Assembly (NCBI RefSeq): GCF_006345805.1 | Contig: NC_042998.1 | Location: forward strand, 44,950,001-45,014,000 | Origin: Octopus sinensis | Taxonomy: Eukaryota | Direction: 5' to 3' | DNA: 64,000 nucleotides | Part shown: positions 11,713-23,964 of the stretch, piece after piece | How the letters are laid out: every line of letters begins with the position of its first letter | Numbering within the stretch: the stretch's first letter is position 1 | The notes under the pieces: model-generated | The model's database searches: none | Told to the model about the DNA's origin: nothing | The model's input: the letters and a program-made list of their open reading frames with translations, nothing else | Program-made: the position numbers and the translations under genes

Positions 11713-12129
11713 GGATCGTTTCGGTTTGAACGGCAGTTTTTTCTAGCGGTGTCATATGAAATTGTCACCCATAATTATGACCCTAGTATCGATCTATTGC
11801 ATTTCAATCTGTTTTAGGGTTAGGGTTAGGGGTGGGGGGAAGGGTATCTTTTTTTCTTCAGAAATGTAAATAAACCCAATCTGTTTCTTAAACGAGGGAC
11901 ATATTCATACGACACAGAATGTTTTTTGCTCCCATACACGTCACTGATTGGTTGAAATTGCAGAAATTGAAGAAAAAAACAAGAAATATCTTACAAACTA
12001 TAGAATTTTCTCAATAAAGCCAAGAGAAAAAGATGTTTTATAAACACATTCTACCAGTATACGAAGTTTAAAAGTGTTTAGTTACGTGGAAATTATTTTA
12101 AAAAACTGCCGTTCAAACCGAAAAGATCC
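11713..12129. mobile_element. Merlin-like MITE (417 bp) with 8-bp TSD
   Basis: 30-bp TIRs GGATC(G/T)TTTCGGTTTGAACGGCAGTTTTTT with one mismatch; perfect TSD ATGTGCTG at 11705-11712 and 12130-12137. GG...CC ends with an 8-bp TSD fit Merlin/IS1016 better than hAT. Confidence 0.8.
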
Positions 12130-12659
12130 ATGTGCTGTGATTTTGAATCGGAGTAATTCTTCTAGAAGTCAGAGGAAGCAGAAAAGAAAACAGGCGAAAA
12201 AAAAAAGAAAAACCAAAATAGTATTGTGGCATACATAAGGGTGTTTTACCAACCTTATCCAATGTTGGTTCAATTCAGATCTGCAATACTTACATTTACA
12301 TAGACGTACGTGACACACGCCTGCCAAAGATACCGTTGGAATATCAGCTACAAATCAATATGCGTTTTGTATGAATTTTATATAATTGTATAGACCTGTC
12401 AGTTCAAGTTACTAATAGCTTCAAAGCAACTCAAAGTTTTTGAGCGCCTGTCGTCATACACGGTTGACTCATATATCGCGCGTTTCTCAACAAAGCGATT
12501 TGTTTCTAAAGTTGTATAAAGTATATGAATTAACTTTATATTCATCATATTGTGTGCCACGCACTTTGACGTGTCGAACTTGCTTCATCACTATGTATGT
12601 GTGTATATGTGTGTGTGTGAATGTGTAGCTAAAATGAAATATGTTATACATAATATCAC

Positions 12660-12918
12660 TGTGATCACCGTGACCGACCAGGCAATCAGATGTTGGTACA
12701 CATCGCTGGTCACAATGCGCTTCGCATTGTTTAAGCCTTCAAATGACACCACCCCGCTGGCTAAGCGAGCAGGCCAACAGAAGAAAGAGTGAGGTAAAGT
12801 TGTGGCGAAAGAGTACAGCAGGGATCGCCACCACCCACTACCGGAGCCTCGTGGAGCTTTAGGTGTTTTTGCTCGGTCTGACAATCGAAACCGCGAGTCC
12901 ACTGGGCCATTGCGCCTC
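12660..12918 (-). mobile_element. Composite SINE: module C head/body joined to tail D
   Basis: 12781-12918 matches the C copies and 12660-12777 matches D, with no intervening sequence. Confidence 0.8.
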
Positions 12919-13814
12919 CACGTTATACGTAATGTAACAACGTATAATGTAATGGTCCGGTCTTTTACTCAACAAAATCGTCAGTGTTAAATGTCTTTCT
13001 TGCTTATAATTTAAAATTTTGATGAAAGAGAAATCTAAAAGGATCGAAACCTTTTCAAAATGTGTTGAAAGCACGAACTTTTTAAGCTGGAAAGATATTA
13101 TTTTTATGTTATATGAATGAAATGGGAATACGGTACGGCAATGATTTACTAAAACGTGTGACTACACAAAAATTTGCTTGCCTGGAAAGAAATAAAGTGC
13201 AGTTATAAATTTTTAATCTCATGACGTACGAGGAATATTATAGCCGGTTCGGTTATAATATATCTCGTTCCTCAAAGTTTGCGTTAATCTTAAATAGCAG
13301 TCACCGTTGTATAAGCTAATACCTTCGTTTCTTATAAACTAAATTTAATCAATAACGCACAAAATCAAAATAAAGAAAATAACTATATCCGCACTGTCAT
13401 ATTTCGACCATATAAGCGTAGATTTCTTTTTATTCTTTTTGTTTTATATTACGTATCTCATATATAAATATATAATATGCATATGACGTTTATATGTCTG
13501 ATGTAACTGACATTTGTCAGCTATATATCATGCAAGTATATATAATGTTTTAGTAATTTATATATCATAAGAAACGTCTGCCAAACTGAAAAACTACAAA
13601 ACTATTTATGAATGTGAATGAGCGATTAAATTCTATTAATATATTTTTGATCGTAGCATGCAGTGTAAGACAAAAAGGCAAGCTCTTAACATATACAGAA
13701 CGCAATCCAGATTTGAATTTCGGCTGACACAAGTTTACTTACGTTGTTATGCGCTCAGAATAGATACATGCATCATAATACCCTTTTTCCTTCTAGATCA
13801 ACGAGGGAGCCTAT

Positions 13815-13905
13815 ATACGGTTTCTTTCCATGCCAGAAATAGCAAGCAAATCTCCCTCAAATAATAACCTGTCTTCTTGAAGATTATAGTCCTAAAGAAA
13901 CTACA
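13815..13905 (+). repeat. Fragment of a dispersed repeat family (ctagaaatagcagccaaatctc motif)
   Basis: The same motif recurs at ~22830-22860, ~23135-23190 and ~38780-38850, and inverted at ~16820-16845. Confidence 0.55.
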
Positions 13906-14759
13906 ACTGAAAAAGACAGTACGATTACAGCTGTTATATCATTATATCATTGATAAAAGATCTGCTCTTTCAAGATTGATTTAGAGCTAAACAATAATAG
14001 AAACTCACCATTTTTCTTTTCTTTTTTTATCATGATTAATTTAAACGAAGAAAACTTTGCTATGCACCGTCATATTGCGGTAATCCAAAGCTAGCAAATT
14101 TGTGACTCGGTTTCGATTCTCCATCATTATAGCTATTGCTGTCTCAAGACATGAACACACTGAGCTGCATGACAGCCTCACGGATTTAGGAACCCAATTC
14201 TTACCTATGCATGCTATGGTCTATTGTCAGTAAAATAAATACTATAGGGCCCAGTGCATTGATTTAACCCTGGGGCATATAATGCTGCTAAAACGACCCT
14301 GATTATAGCTATTTCATTCACCAACGACGCTTGAAATGCTCTTGATCCATACAATATCACCACCTTATGTCATATGTTATATGTTTTCGACGGAAACAAA
14401 ATAGAGGTTATAAAAGAGAGCAGAGTTCGGTAGCCAGTTCGTTTCACTCATGTCGCTAAAGTTCTACAGAAAATAGGAATTATCACACGTTCATAAATCC
14501 TTCCGTATGTCTAGATTTGAAATCTTGAACCTATATAAAAGAAATCAATATACGCTCTCTTTTGACGGGAGTTAAAGTATCAGATGTAGTAGAGCACAAC
14601 AGAGTTCAAATCTGGTTGGAGTCGACTTAAAATTCTATTCCTCGAAGATCGATGAAATTAGTACCCATAGTGAAATAAGTACCCATATTTGACCTATAGA
14701 AAATTATGATATTGTATTTCTGCAGAGAAAGACTATATAAAGCCATACACTAAAATACT

Positions 14760-14943
14760 TTATTTCGCGTTGCTTCAGTCTACTCCGCTGACAAAAATGA
14801 GTTGTACCTGTATTTCAAAGGACCAGCCTTGTCACATTCTATGTCACGCTCAATCTCCCAGGGAACTATGTTAAGATTACGTGCGTCTTGCACGTTAATT
14901 TCACGAGGACGCTGTTCCGTTGATTGGATCTACAGTAACACTC
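14760..14943 (+). mobile_element. SINE module F (3' part)
   Basis: Homologous to the reverse complement of 6033-6250. Confidence 0.7.
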
Positions 14944-15010
14944 ATTATCTTACATATATGATGTACTCGTTGTCGTACATACATATATGATGGACTCTCC
15001 CGCCAAAGAC

Positions 15011-15121
15011 GACGGGTTCAGTCCCACTGCGCGGCACCTTGGGCAAGTGTCTTCTACTGTAGCCTCGGGCCGACCAAAGCCTTGTGAGTGGATTTGATAG
15101 AAACTGAAAAGAACTCCGTCG

Positions 15122-15155
<34 letters not shown>

Positions 15156-15171
15156 TGTATGTATGTATGTA

Positions 15172-15202
<31 letters not shown>

Positions 15203-15447
15203 ATGTATGTATGTATGTATGTATGTATGTGTCTGTGTGTGTGTCTGCGTTTGTACCCCACCATCGCTTGACAACCGATGCTGATGTGTTTATGTCCCGG
15301 TAACTAAGCACTTCGGTAAAAGGAGCCGATATAATAAGTATTAGGATTACAAAGAATTAGACCTGGGGTCGATTTCTTCGACTAAAACCCTTTGAGGCGG
15401 TATTCCAATATGGCCGCAGTCAAATGACTGAAACAAGTAAATGAATA
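15011..15447 (+). mobile_element. SINE module A, 5'-truncated, internal (TATG)n expansion
   Basis: gggttcagtcccactgc...ccttgggcaagtg body, (TATG)n at 15121-15230, tail ...ggccgcagtcaaatgactgaaacaagtaaa. Confidence 0.85.
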
Positions 15448-15814
15448 CGTTTATGTGTGTGTGTGTATGTGTGTGTGTACGATAGCATTCAGCTTCAACA
15501 CTTTACTCGCTTTGACATGCGATCAACAACCAGTCAGGTCGTTAATCTCGCACTCTTATGTAAAGTAGTTGTGTCTGGCAAATGTTTGTCCAGATTTTAA
15601 ATAGTGGCTCTCTTCTCCTTATCTCTTGATATCTTGTCAAAGAAATGTAAGCGAACTCTAATCCCCAAACTCAGACACGTGAGTGTGTATGTGTGTAAAG
15701 AGTACCGACTGAGTCGCAGTTCACTGGTTCGAACTGTTACTGAAATGATCTTTATTTATTTATATATTTATTTTTATTTCGGCAGTCACATGCTTTGAAT
15801 GTCGGATAATATCG

Positions 15815-16020
15815 GTTTCAAGTTTTGGCAGAAACCCAGCATCTTGTGGAGGAGATAAGTCAACTACATCTTACATCGGCCCCAGTGATCAACTGATAGC
15901 CATTTTTAATCGACCGGGAAAGGATGAAAGGCAGAGTCGACCTCGGCAGATTTTGAACTCAGAACATAAAGACGGACGAAATGCCGCTAAGCATGCTAAC
16001 GATTCTGACAGCTCACCGCC
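15815..16020 (-). mobile_element. SINE module B
   Basis: Reverse-complement match to the B consensus, from the head (ggcggtgagctg) to the tail (gaaacc). Confidence 0.8.
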
Positions 16021-16047
16021 TTGAACGTTGGATAATATTGTAACCGA

Positions 16048-16200
16048 CATTCTCGTCCATTTTTACGTTCTAAGTTCAAATATCGCCAAGATCGACCTTG
16101 CCCTCCATCCTTTCGGGATCGATAAAATAAGTACCATTTGAATACTGGAGTCGATGTAATCAACTTGCCACTCCCGAGATTAATATTGTTACCGATTTCC
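16048..16200 (+). mobile_element. SINE module B, head-truncated, inverted relative to its neighbour
   Basis: tacgttctaagttcaaat...catcctttcgggatcgataaaataagtacc. Confidence 0.75.
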
Positions 16201-16733
16201 ACAAAAACCTTAAGCAAGGACAAGAAGGTTTAGCCTTAACATTCTGAGTTCAAATTCTGCCGTAGTCGACTTTTGCCTTTCATCCTTTCGAGATTATATT
16301 CGCTGGCCTTACAATCCAAAATCTCTTGGTATTAGGCTTAAGAATTAAGTCTAAGTGCGTGCGTATTACTCAAGAATTTTCAACCTTAACTATGCTTATC
16401 TTTACTCCAATGATTTCCGCTCCAGATTCTTAGTCATTTCAGAAGGTTAACACAAAGGGCAGAAAAACATAAATTATGTTGATTTTCTATGGATTCCAGA
16501 TTGTTTCACACTTCACCATCGTTTTCTCCTAATTGTAGATGAATATCATATGAGTAATCGAAAATGTATTTGCAATACTCCTTTATATCCTCTATATAAA
16601 ACATTTATCTTTGCTATTGGGTTGATAATAATGATATTGTTGCTGCTGCTGTGGATGATGATGATGGTGGTGGTGGTGGTGGTGGTGGTGGTGGTTAGCA
16701 TCTAGGTCAGCATTCGTATCTATATCTATGATG

Positions 16734-16799
<66 letters not shown>

Positions 16800-17129
16800 G
16801 CAGAATAGGATAAGAGAAAACTTTGGCTACTATTTCTAGCAACTGAAACGACCGCATAGATGTTCTCTCGTTGTTGTACTTCTCATTTTTTCTTTTGTGT
16901 GTGTGTGATCTTGTTCATAAATAACTTACTTTCACAGCAGTAGAAAGGAAATGGGTAATTTTTCCACCTCTTTGCCATCTATGATCTTCCCCCAAACGTT
17001 TGACGTTCCATGTCTGATAGAAGCATAAACTAGACTTCGCGGGTCGGTTAGGCATAATTATTCATATAAACCCAATTCATTATGTTGGTCAGTTAAATGG
17101 ATAGCGGGATTAATATACATTATAAAAAC

Positions 17130-17333
17130 AGGCTGGCTGAATCGTTAGCAATTCAGGCACAATGCCAAGCGGCACTCCATCCGTCTTTTACGTTCTGGAT
17201 TCAAATACTACGGGGTCGACTTTGGCTTTCATGCTTTCGGAGTCGATAAAATAAGTACCAGTTGATCACTGGGGTCGATGTAATCGGCTTAACCCGCCCC
17301 TTAAATTGCTGGCTTTGTGCCAAATTTGAAACG
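17130..17333 (+). mobile_element. SINE module B, full length
   Basis: Head gctggctgaatcgttagc, core gtcgactttggctttcatgctttcggagtcgataaaataagtaccag, tail tggctttgtgccaaatttgaaac. Confidence 0.85.
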
Positions 17334-17777
17334 AGTATATATTATAAGAACTTAATAAACAATGCAAAAAAGAAAGAATACGAGGTATTTGCAATGTTTG
17401 TGTGTAGATGTATGGGAAAACCCCACCCATATAGCATATATACAGTTTTATTAAGAGTCTTTAGAGAGCGGAAGCAGAGATTGTCTTCTTGAGAAGACCA
17501 AAGCTTGATAGAGAACTTGCAATATTTCAGCTGTAAAACATTTCATACACAGAAATCAATCGAACGAACATATGCATACATTTAAAAAAATAATTGTCCT
17601 TGGCTCGACGTTTATAGGCAAAGTGAAGGGGAAGTAGGTCACATCTTCAATTCATAAGAATTTTTTTAACACAAGATTTCCTAAAGTGAACTGATTTTAC
17701 TCCAGTCGAGCCCCGACTCTGAACGCATGATAGCGATATATATTTTACAGAATATCTTAAGACTAAAAAATAATAGA

Positions 17778-17819
<42 letters not shown>

Positions 17820-18145
17820 AGGCAGACCCCATGTTTATGAATTAATTCTTTCCTCATCAGATTTGTGAAGTGAAAGATTCCTACAGCGGGGTATTATCGT
17901 CCATGGAAAACAATGAATATACCTTTAATTGGTTCCCCCTAAAGAAGTTGATTCTTTCTAAAACTGAAAAAAAGGTTAAGGTAAAAATAGCAATATTCAA
18001 GAGTATAATTTTTTATTAAATCACAAACTACACAATGAAAAAATAGAAAAGCATATAAAACAAAAAATTCAACTCGTGAAATTTAATTCGTATCTATCAG
18101 GTCTGCCGCTACTGGGACCTCTTGAGCGCATGTCAATTCCGTTAG

Positions 18146-19943
18146 TTAAGTTTCTTCTTGTTTTGATGTTTGGTCCGCATTAATTTTCTTCGTTAAAAAA
18201 TTATTTAAAGTTGTTTGTTGAAAAGTTTTCTTCATTTTACGGTAGATTTCACGATAACAAGCATGACTTCTCATTAAATTTGCAGCAACAGTTGAGCTTC
18301 TTTCAAAATCGGCATCTTGCTGCTCAAAGATTTCAATTGCTTTTTCCATGTGAAGTAATGCTTCATTTAGCTTTTTTGCAGAGAAGCATCTTTCAGACGA
18401 TTCTTCTTCTTCTTCTTCTTCTTCTTCTTCTTCTTCTTCTTCTTCTTCTTCTTCTTCTTCTTCTCTTCTTCTTCTTCTTCTTCTCTTCTTCTTCTTCTTC
18501 TTTTTCTTCTTCTTTTTCTTCTTCTTCTTCTTCTACTACTACTTCTTCACGTTCAAATTTTTCCATTTCTAGCAATTCTTCATTTGTGATTTCATCACTG
18601 TCAACATAATGAGCTTCTTAAACATCTTCAGGTGAAATTTTAAAGTTAAATTCCTTTGCAATATTTATAATCGTGTCAGTTTCATTTTGAAGACTTTCAT
18701 GAAGATTATCAAATCCTTCAAAATTGTCAATTAATTTGGAGCAGAGATTTTTCCAAATTCCTTTCATGTTCTTTAAGGCGATTTTATCATTAGCTTTCTT
18801 TATCAATTTTATTGCATCAAAGATGTAGAAACTCTCCCAAAATTCCTGAATCGTAGGATCATTTATCAGTCACTACGATGAATCTTTCAAAGGTGAAACG
18901 GAGATACTAAGATTTAAACAATGAAATGGCACCTTGTTCCATAAGGATGTTATATTGGAAGGTAAAAAAAAAAATAGCATTAATATTTTGATGGTGATGC
19001 TTTAAAAATGCAGCATGACTGGGGGCATTACCCATTATCAAAAGAAACTTGAAGGAATTTTTTTTTATCCTTACCATATTATATTTTACTTCGGGAACAA
19101 AATAATTAGAAAACCAATCTTCAAATAGAGTTCCTGTCATCCAAGCTTTTTTGTTATGCTTCCAGATTACAGAAAGTTTCGTCTTCTCAATTCCTTTTAA
19201 AGCACGGGGGTTTTCAGATCGATAAATAAGCATGGGCTTGAGTTTGCAGTCCCCTTCACAATTTCCTTCCAGAAGCAATGTTATCCCAACTTTTGAAGCT
19301 TTGAATCTTAGCATTGAAGACTCTTCTCTCGTAATAAAACTCCTTGAATGCATTCATTTCCAAAATAGGCCCGTCTCATCCACATTAAATATTTGAGACG
19401 ATATAAAGCTTTCTTCTTCAATCAGATCTTCTAAGTGGGGAGGAAAAGTTTCTGCAGCTTTTTGATCTGCGCTAGACGATTTTCCTTGCATCATCATATT
19501 GTGTAGATCTGCTCGATTTTGAAACGATTGAGCCAACAATTGCTCGCTACAAATGTTTCATTTGATCTATCTGATTTATCCTTAAGCGAGTTAAAAAGGA
19601 AAATTGCTTTCCTGACTAAGTGGCATATGAAGTCTATGAATTTGATTGTTAATCCAAGCTGTCAAAAGATCTGTGCGTGAAATTAAACTTTCATTATATT
19701 TTCTTCGTAACCAAGTTGAATTTGGAGAGTGACTTCCTTTAACTTTATTTAATGATCTTCCTTTTGCTTCAAGATGGTACAAACAGGTGAAGGAACCATA
19801 TCAAATTTTTTGATAAATCTGTTAACAGTTTCACCTTTTTCGTGTTGTTTAATCAATTCGTATTTTATTTCTAAAGTAATTGCCTTACGTTTCTTCTTGT
19901 CCTCGCTTTGCATCTCAGAATTCTTTCTTTTTGAAGCCATCAC
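18146..19943 (-). pseudogene. Tigger/pogo (CENP-B-like, DDE_1) transposase pseudogene, multiply frameshifted
   Basis: Successive ORF pieces give an N-terminal HTH (KRKAITLEIKYELIKQHEKG), QIFNVDETGLFWK, GDCKLKPMLIY.SENPRALK, KKAWMT..LFEDWF, LLIMGNAPSH, MEQGAI and a C-terminal QQTTLNNF. The second catalytic D reads G and the third reads E. Confidence 0.9.
18399..18550. repeat. (TTC)n expansion inside the transposase acidic region
   Basis: Directly visible; falls in the poly-Glu segment on the minus strand. Confidence 0.9.
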
Positions 19944-20203
19944 ACTTCAAATCCAAAAAGCAGTTGCAGACGATCGCTCGAAAATAACAGGTACTACCAG
20001 ACCGGAAGTGACGCTCGTTGCCATAGTAACAAATTTTTTCGTTTTTCATCTCCAGTTCGTAAAGATGAGGTTTCGTAAATTGAGGTTACGTAAAACGAAG
20101 TATGCCTATGTATATATACATACATACATACATACATACATACATACATACATACATACATACATACATACATACATACATACATACATGTATATATATA
20201 TAT

Positions 20204-20478
20204 ATGATGTACTTGCGCGTACATATATATATGATGTACTTGCGCGTACATATATATATGATGTACTTGCTGATGTACTTGCGCGTACAAATGCACGTCC
20301 CACGGCTTTATCGATCGCATTCTCGTCTGGAATCGATTTATGTAATTTTTTCAAGACTTATACACGCCCTGATACCGTCGGTATCTACATATCAAATTTG
20401 AGTGCAATCGGATGGAGGATGCCCGATATCCTAGAAGATACACACACACACACAGACAGAAAGGATTTTATATAGAGA
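20204..20478 (+). mobile_element. Possible non-autonomous Helitron/Helentron-like element with 27-bp tandem units
   Basis: 27-bp repeats ATGATGTACTTGCGCGTACATATATAT, then ...tacatatcaaatttgagtgcaatcgg...(CA)n cagacag...tttatatagagat, a 3' layout typical of Helitron-derived repeats. Family not verified. Confidence 0.35.
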
Positions 20479-20833
20479 TATATAATTGAATCGGGGACTG
20501 AACTGAATTTTGCAGTAAACTGAATATTCCTCACAGGCCGTATGTTTGACACCTACTATCTACATGACATATGTAAAGCAAATAATCTCAAACTACGTCT
20601 TTTTTTTTTTCATTTTGATTCTTATTAAGACTGTACATTTGCATAGACAGCCTGGTCCCCATACAAATCAAATATTTCTAATAGAATCTGCTACGAACTA
20701 ATTGACATTTTAGTAGATTGGTTATGCTTGAGCAACTCAAACATAGGAGCAATACGACTTTACTACCTTTCCTTCCCCACTATCATCTTAAATGTGAAGA
20801 AGGAATCTCTCCGAAACGTTGGATTCCTCATAT

Positions 20834-20899
<66 letters not shown>

Positions 20900-20999
20900 A
20901 TATATATATTATATATACATATCTATATATATATATACATATCTATATATATATATATATATTATATATATATACTATATATATATATATATATATTAT

Positions 21000-21022
21000 T
21001 TATATATATATATATACATATA

Positions 21023-21086
<64 letters not shown>

Positions 21087-21527
21087 TATTATATATATAT
21101 ATATATATAATATATATATATATATACATATATATATTATATTATATATATAATATATATATTATATATATACTTTTATATATATAGTATTATATTATAT
21201 ATCATAGTTTATTTTTTATCGTTTACTTTTCACTTTTTTCAGTTATTAGACTGCGGCCATGCTGGGGCACCGACTTGAAAAGTTTTTAGTCGAATGAATC
21301 GGCCTGGGTACTTGTTTTGCTTTTAGCCCTACCACTTACTTTATCGTCTGCTTTTTCGAACCGCTAAGTTACGGGGACGTAAACACACCACACCAACACC
21401 GGGTGTCAAGCAATGATGAGTGAAACAAACACAGAAAAACGGACGCACACATACACACGCATATATATATATATATACATATGCATATATATTATATATA
21501 TATATTATATATATATATATACATATA

Positions 21528-21591
<64 letters not shown>

Positions 21592-21998
21592 TATTATATA
21601 TATATATATATATAATATATATATATATATACATATATATATTATATTATATATATAATATATATATTATATATATACTTTTATATATATAGTATTATAT
21701 TATATATCATAGTTTATTTTTTATCGTTTACTTTTCACTTTTTTCAGTTATTAGACTGCGGCCATGCTGGGGCACCGACTTGAAAAGTTTTTAGTCGAAT
21801 GAATCGGCCTGGGTACTTGTTTTGCTTTTAGCCCTACCACTTACTTTATCGTCTGCTTTTTCGAACCGCTAAGTTACGGGGACGTAAACACACCACACCA
21901 ACACCGGGTGTCAAGCAATGATGAGTGAAACAAACACAGAAAAACGGACGCACACATACACACGCATATATATATATATATACATATGCATATATATT
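21000..21998. repeat. Near-exact 505-bp tandem duplication, including the 3' half of a SINE A copy (21215-21460, 21720-21965, minus)
   Basis: The unique sequence and irregular TA patterns recur at an offset of exactly 505 (for example the ORF starts at 21413 and 21918). Confidence 0.9.
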
Positions 21999-21999
21999 T

Positions 22000-22071
22000 A
22001 TATATGTATATATATATATATAATTATATATATATATATATATATATATTTATTTATATATATATATACAT

Positions 22072-22140
<69 letters not shown>

Positions 22141-22261
22141 ATGTATGTATGTATGTATATATATATGTATTTATGTATGTATGTATATTTATATGTATAT
22201 ACATGTATATATATATACTGATAGATATACATATATATGCATGTATATGTGTGTGTTTGTG

Positions 22262-22311
<50 letters not shown>

Positions 22312-22585
22312 TATATATATATATATATACAATATATATAATATATGTATGTATGTATGTGTGTATGTATGTATGTGTGTGTATGTATGTATGTGTGTGT
22401 ATGTATGTATGTATGTATGTATGTATGTAGTATGTATGTATGAATGTATGTATGTGTGTATGTATGTATGTGTGTGTGTATGTATGTATGTATGTATGTA
22501 TTATGTATGTATGTATGTGTGTGTGTATGTATGTATGTATGTATGTATGTATGTATGTATGTATGTAGTATGTATGTATGTATAG
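22000..22585. repeat. (TA)n then (TATG)n/(TG)n compound microsatellite
   Basis: Directly visible. Confidence 0.95.
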
Positions 22586-23387
22586 TCCCCCTTCAGTGGC
22601 TATATTGATCTCCTAACAACATGACAACGCCGTTGCAGATGTTCTGCTACCAAGCGCGAAGGGAGAGAAAACACCAAATAAATCTAGCTCAAGGTAGATA
22701 TAGCGATTCTTACTAGCTTGTGGGGGTAGTCTTATTACACCATGCGTGTGTGTCAACTGACGCACTTAAGAATATTACATAACAAGAAAGCACCACGTGA
22801 TGGGCGACGAGTCTCTACGTGGTCTGTCGTAATGTTAGAAATAGCAGCTGAATCACCTTTGAATTACACCTTGATATGTTTTTTTTTGTTTTTGTCTTTT
22901 TTTTTAGGGAGAAAAATAAACGAAAGACGTTTTAGTAAAATGTAATTCTAAATTTAATTCTAAATATCGAATAATGCATCCAGATGGGATGGTTACTGAG
23001 GAAGCATCATTGATTACTGTATTGGTGTGATGCTGATCAGGTCTGTCCTATGACTAAACAGCTACAAGGACGACAATAACAGCAACAGCAACAACAGGTT
23101 TCTGACACTTTGGTTATAAGGACGAAGAAAAGTTCGATCAATAGATTTGCTAGAAATAACAGCCGAAACTCACTTAAAATTCTCACTCAACCATTTTTTT
23201 TTAAATAAAAAAATTAAAAAATAGGAAGGACACGCTGCTTAATTTAATCGTAGCTACAGTATCTGAAGGAAAGAAGAACGAAAAAGAATTTAAATGAAAG
23301 ACAAAACAAATGGGATGGTCGTGACAGGAGAAACTCATTTGATTATATCTAAGTATGACTATTCGAGCAGGGGCCGAACTGGGATGG

Positions 23388-23388
23388 A

Positions 23389-23447
<59 letters not shown>

Positions 23448-23649
23448 CACCACCACCACCACTACTACTATCATCATTACATTTTCTACGACTACCACCT
23501 CTACTACTATTACAACCACTACCACCAAACTACCACTGCTAGCACCACCGCCATCATCACTACTACTACTACTACTACTGTTTTCATGTCTATTTTTCTT
23601 TAATCTTTTATGAATTGCTTTTTCCTGCTTCTCCTTTCTGATGATGATG

Positions 23650-23681
<32 letters not shown>

Positions 23682-23820
23682 GATCGTGATGATGGCGACA
23701 GTAGTGGTGAGTGTGGGGCACTGATAGTTGCGACGGTGGTCGATGGTAGCGGTGGCGGTACTCGAGGAGAGGGGGGAGGAGGAGGAGGAGGAGGAGGAGT
23801 TGATGATGAAGTGGGAGTGA
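23388..23820. repeat. Compound trinucleotide arrays (ACT, ACC, CAT, GGA)
   Basis: Directly visible. Confidence 0.9.
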
Positions 23821-23964
23821 ACATGACTAATTAATTCCCAATGTAAACATGTCGGCGAACACGTGTACTGAGCGTGTAGTAAGAGAAATTGGTAAAACTC
23901 TGGTGATTTCCGTGTGCACTAACTGCACATAAGCGCACACACCGAGCAGCACTAGATGTATTGC

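Larger units (their letters stand above)
17819..20110 (-). mobile_element. Decayed full-length Tigger/pogo DNA transposon (~2.3 kb)
   Basis: Left end TA|CAGGCAGACCCCATGTTTATG; the right end reads (C/T)AGGCATACTTCGTTTTACG on the minus strand, similar to Tigger-type TIRs. TA flanks; encloses a transposase pseudogene. Confidence 0.75.

Noticed and set aside
11814-11831. TTAGGG repeats as a telomere or fusion site
   Set aside because: Only three units, and they lie inside a TIR/TSD-bounded MITE.
14205-14220. Minus-strand 16-nt microexon (AG|GTAAGA donor)
   Set aside because: The pyrimidine tract is poor, the branch-like CTGAC lies only 5 nt from the AG, and the length does not preserve frame.
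18146-19943. Domesticated TIGD/CENP-B-like host gene
   Set aside because: It has multiple frameshifts and stops, altered catalytic residues and retained TIRs, which indicate a dead transposon.
19774-20475. 233-aa plus-strand ORF
   Set aside because: It is antisense to the Tigger transposase and then crosses a (TACA)n tract.
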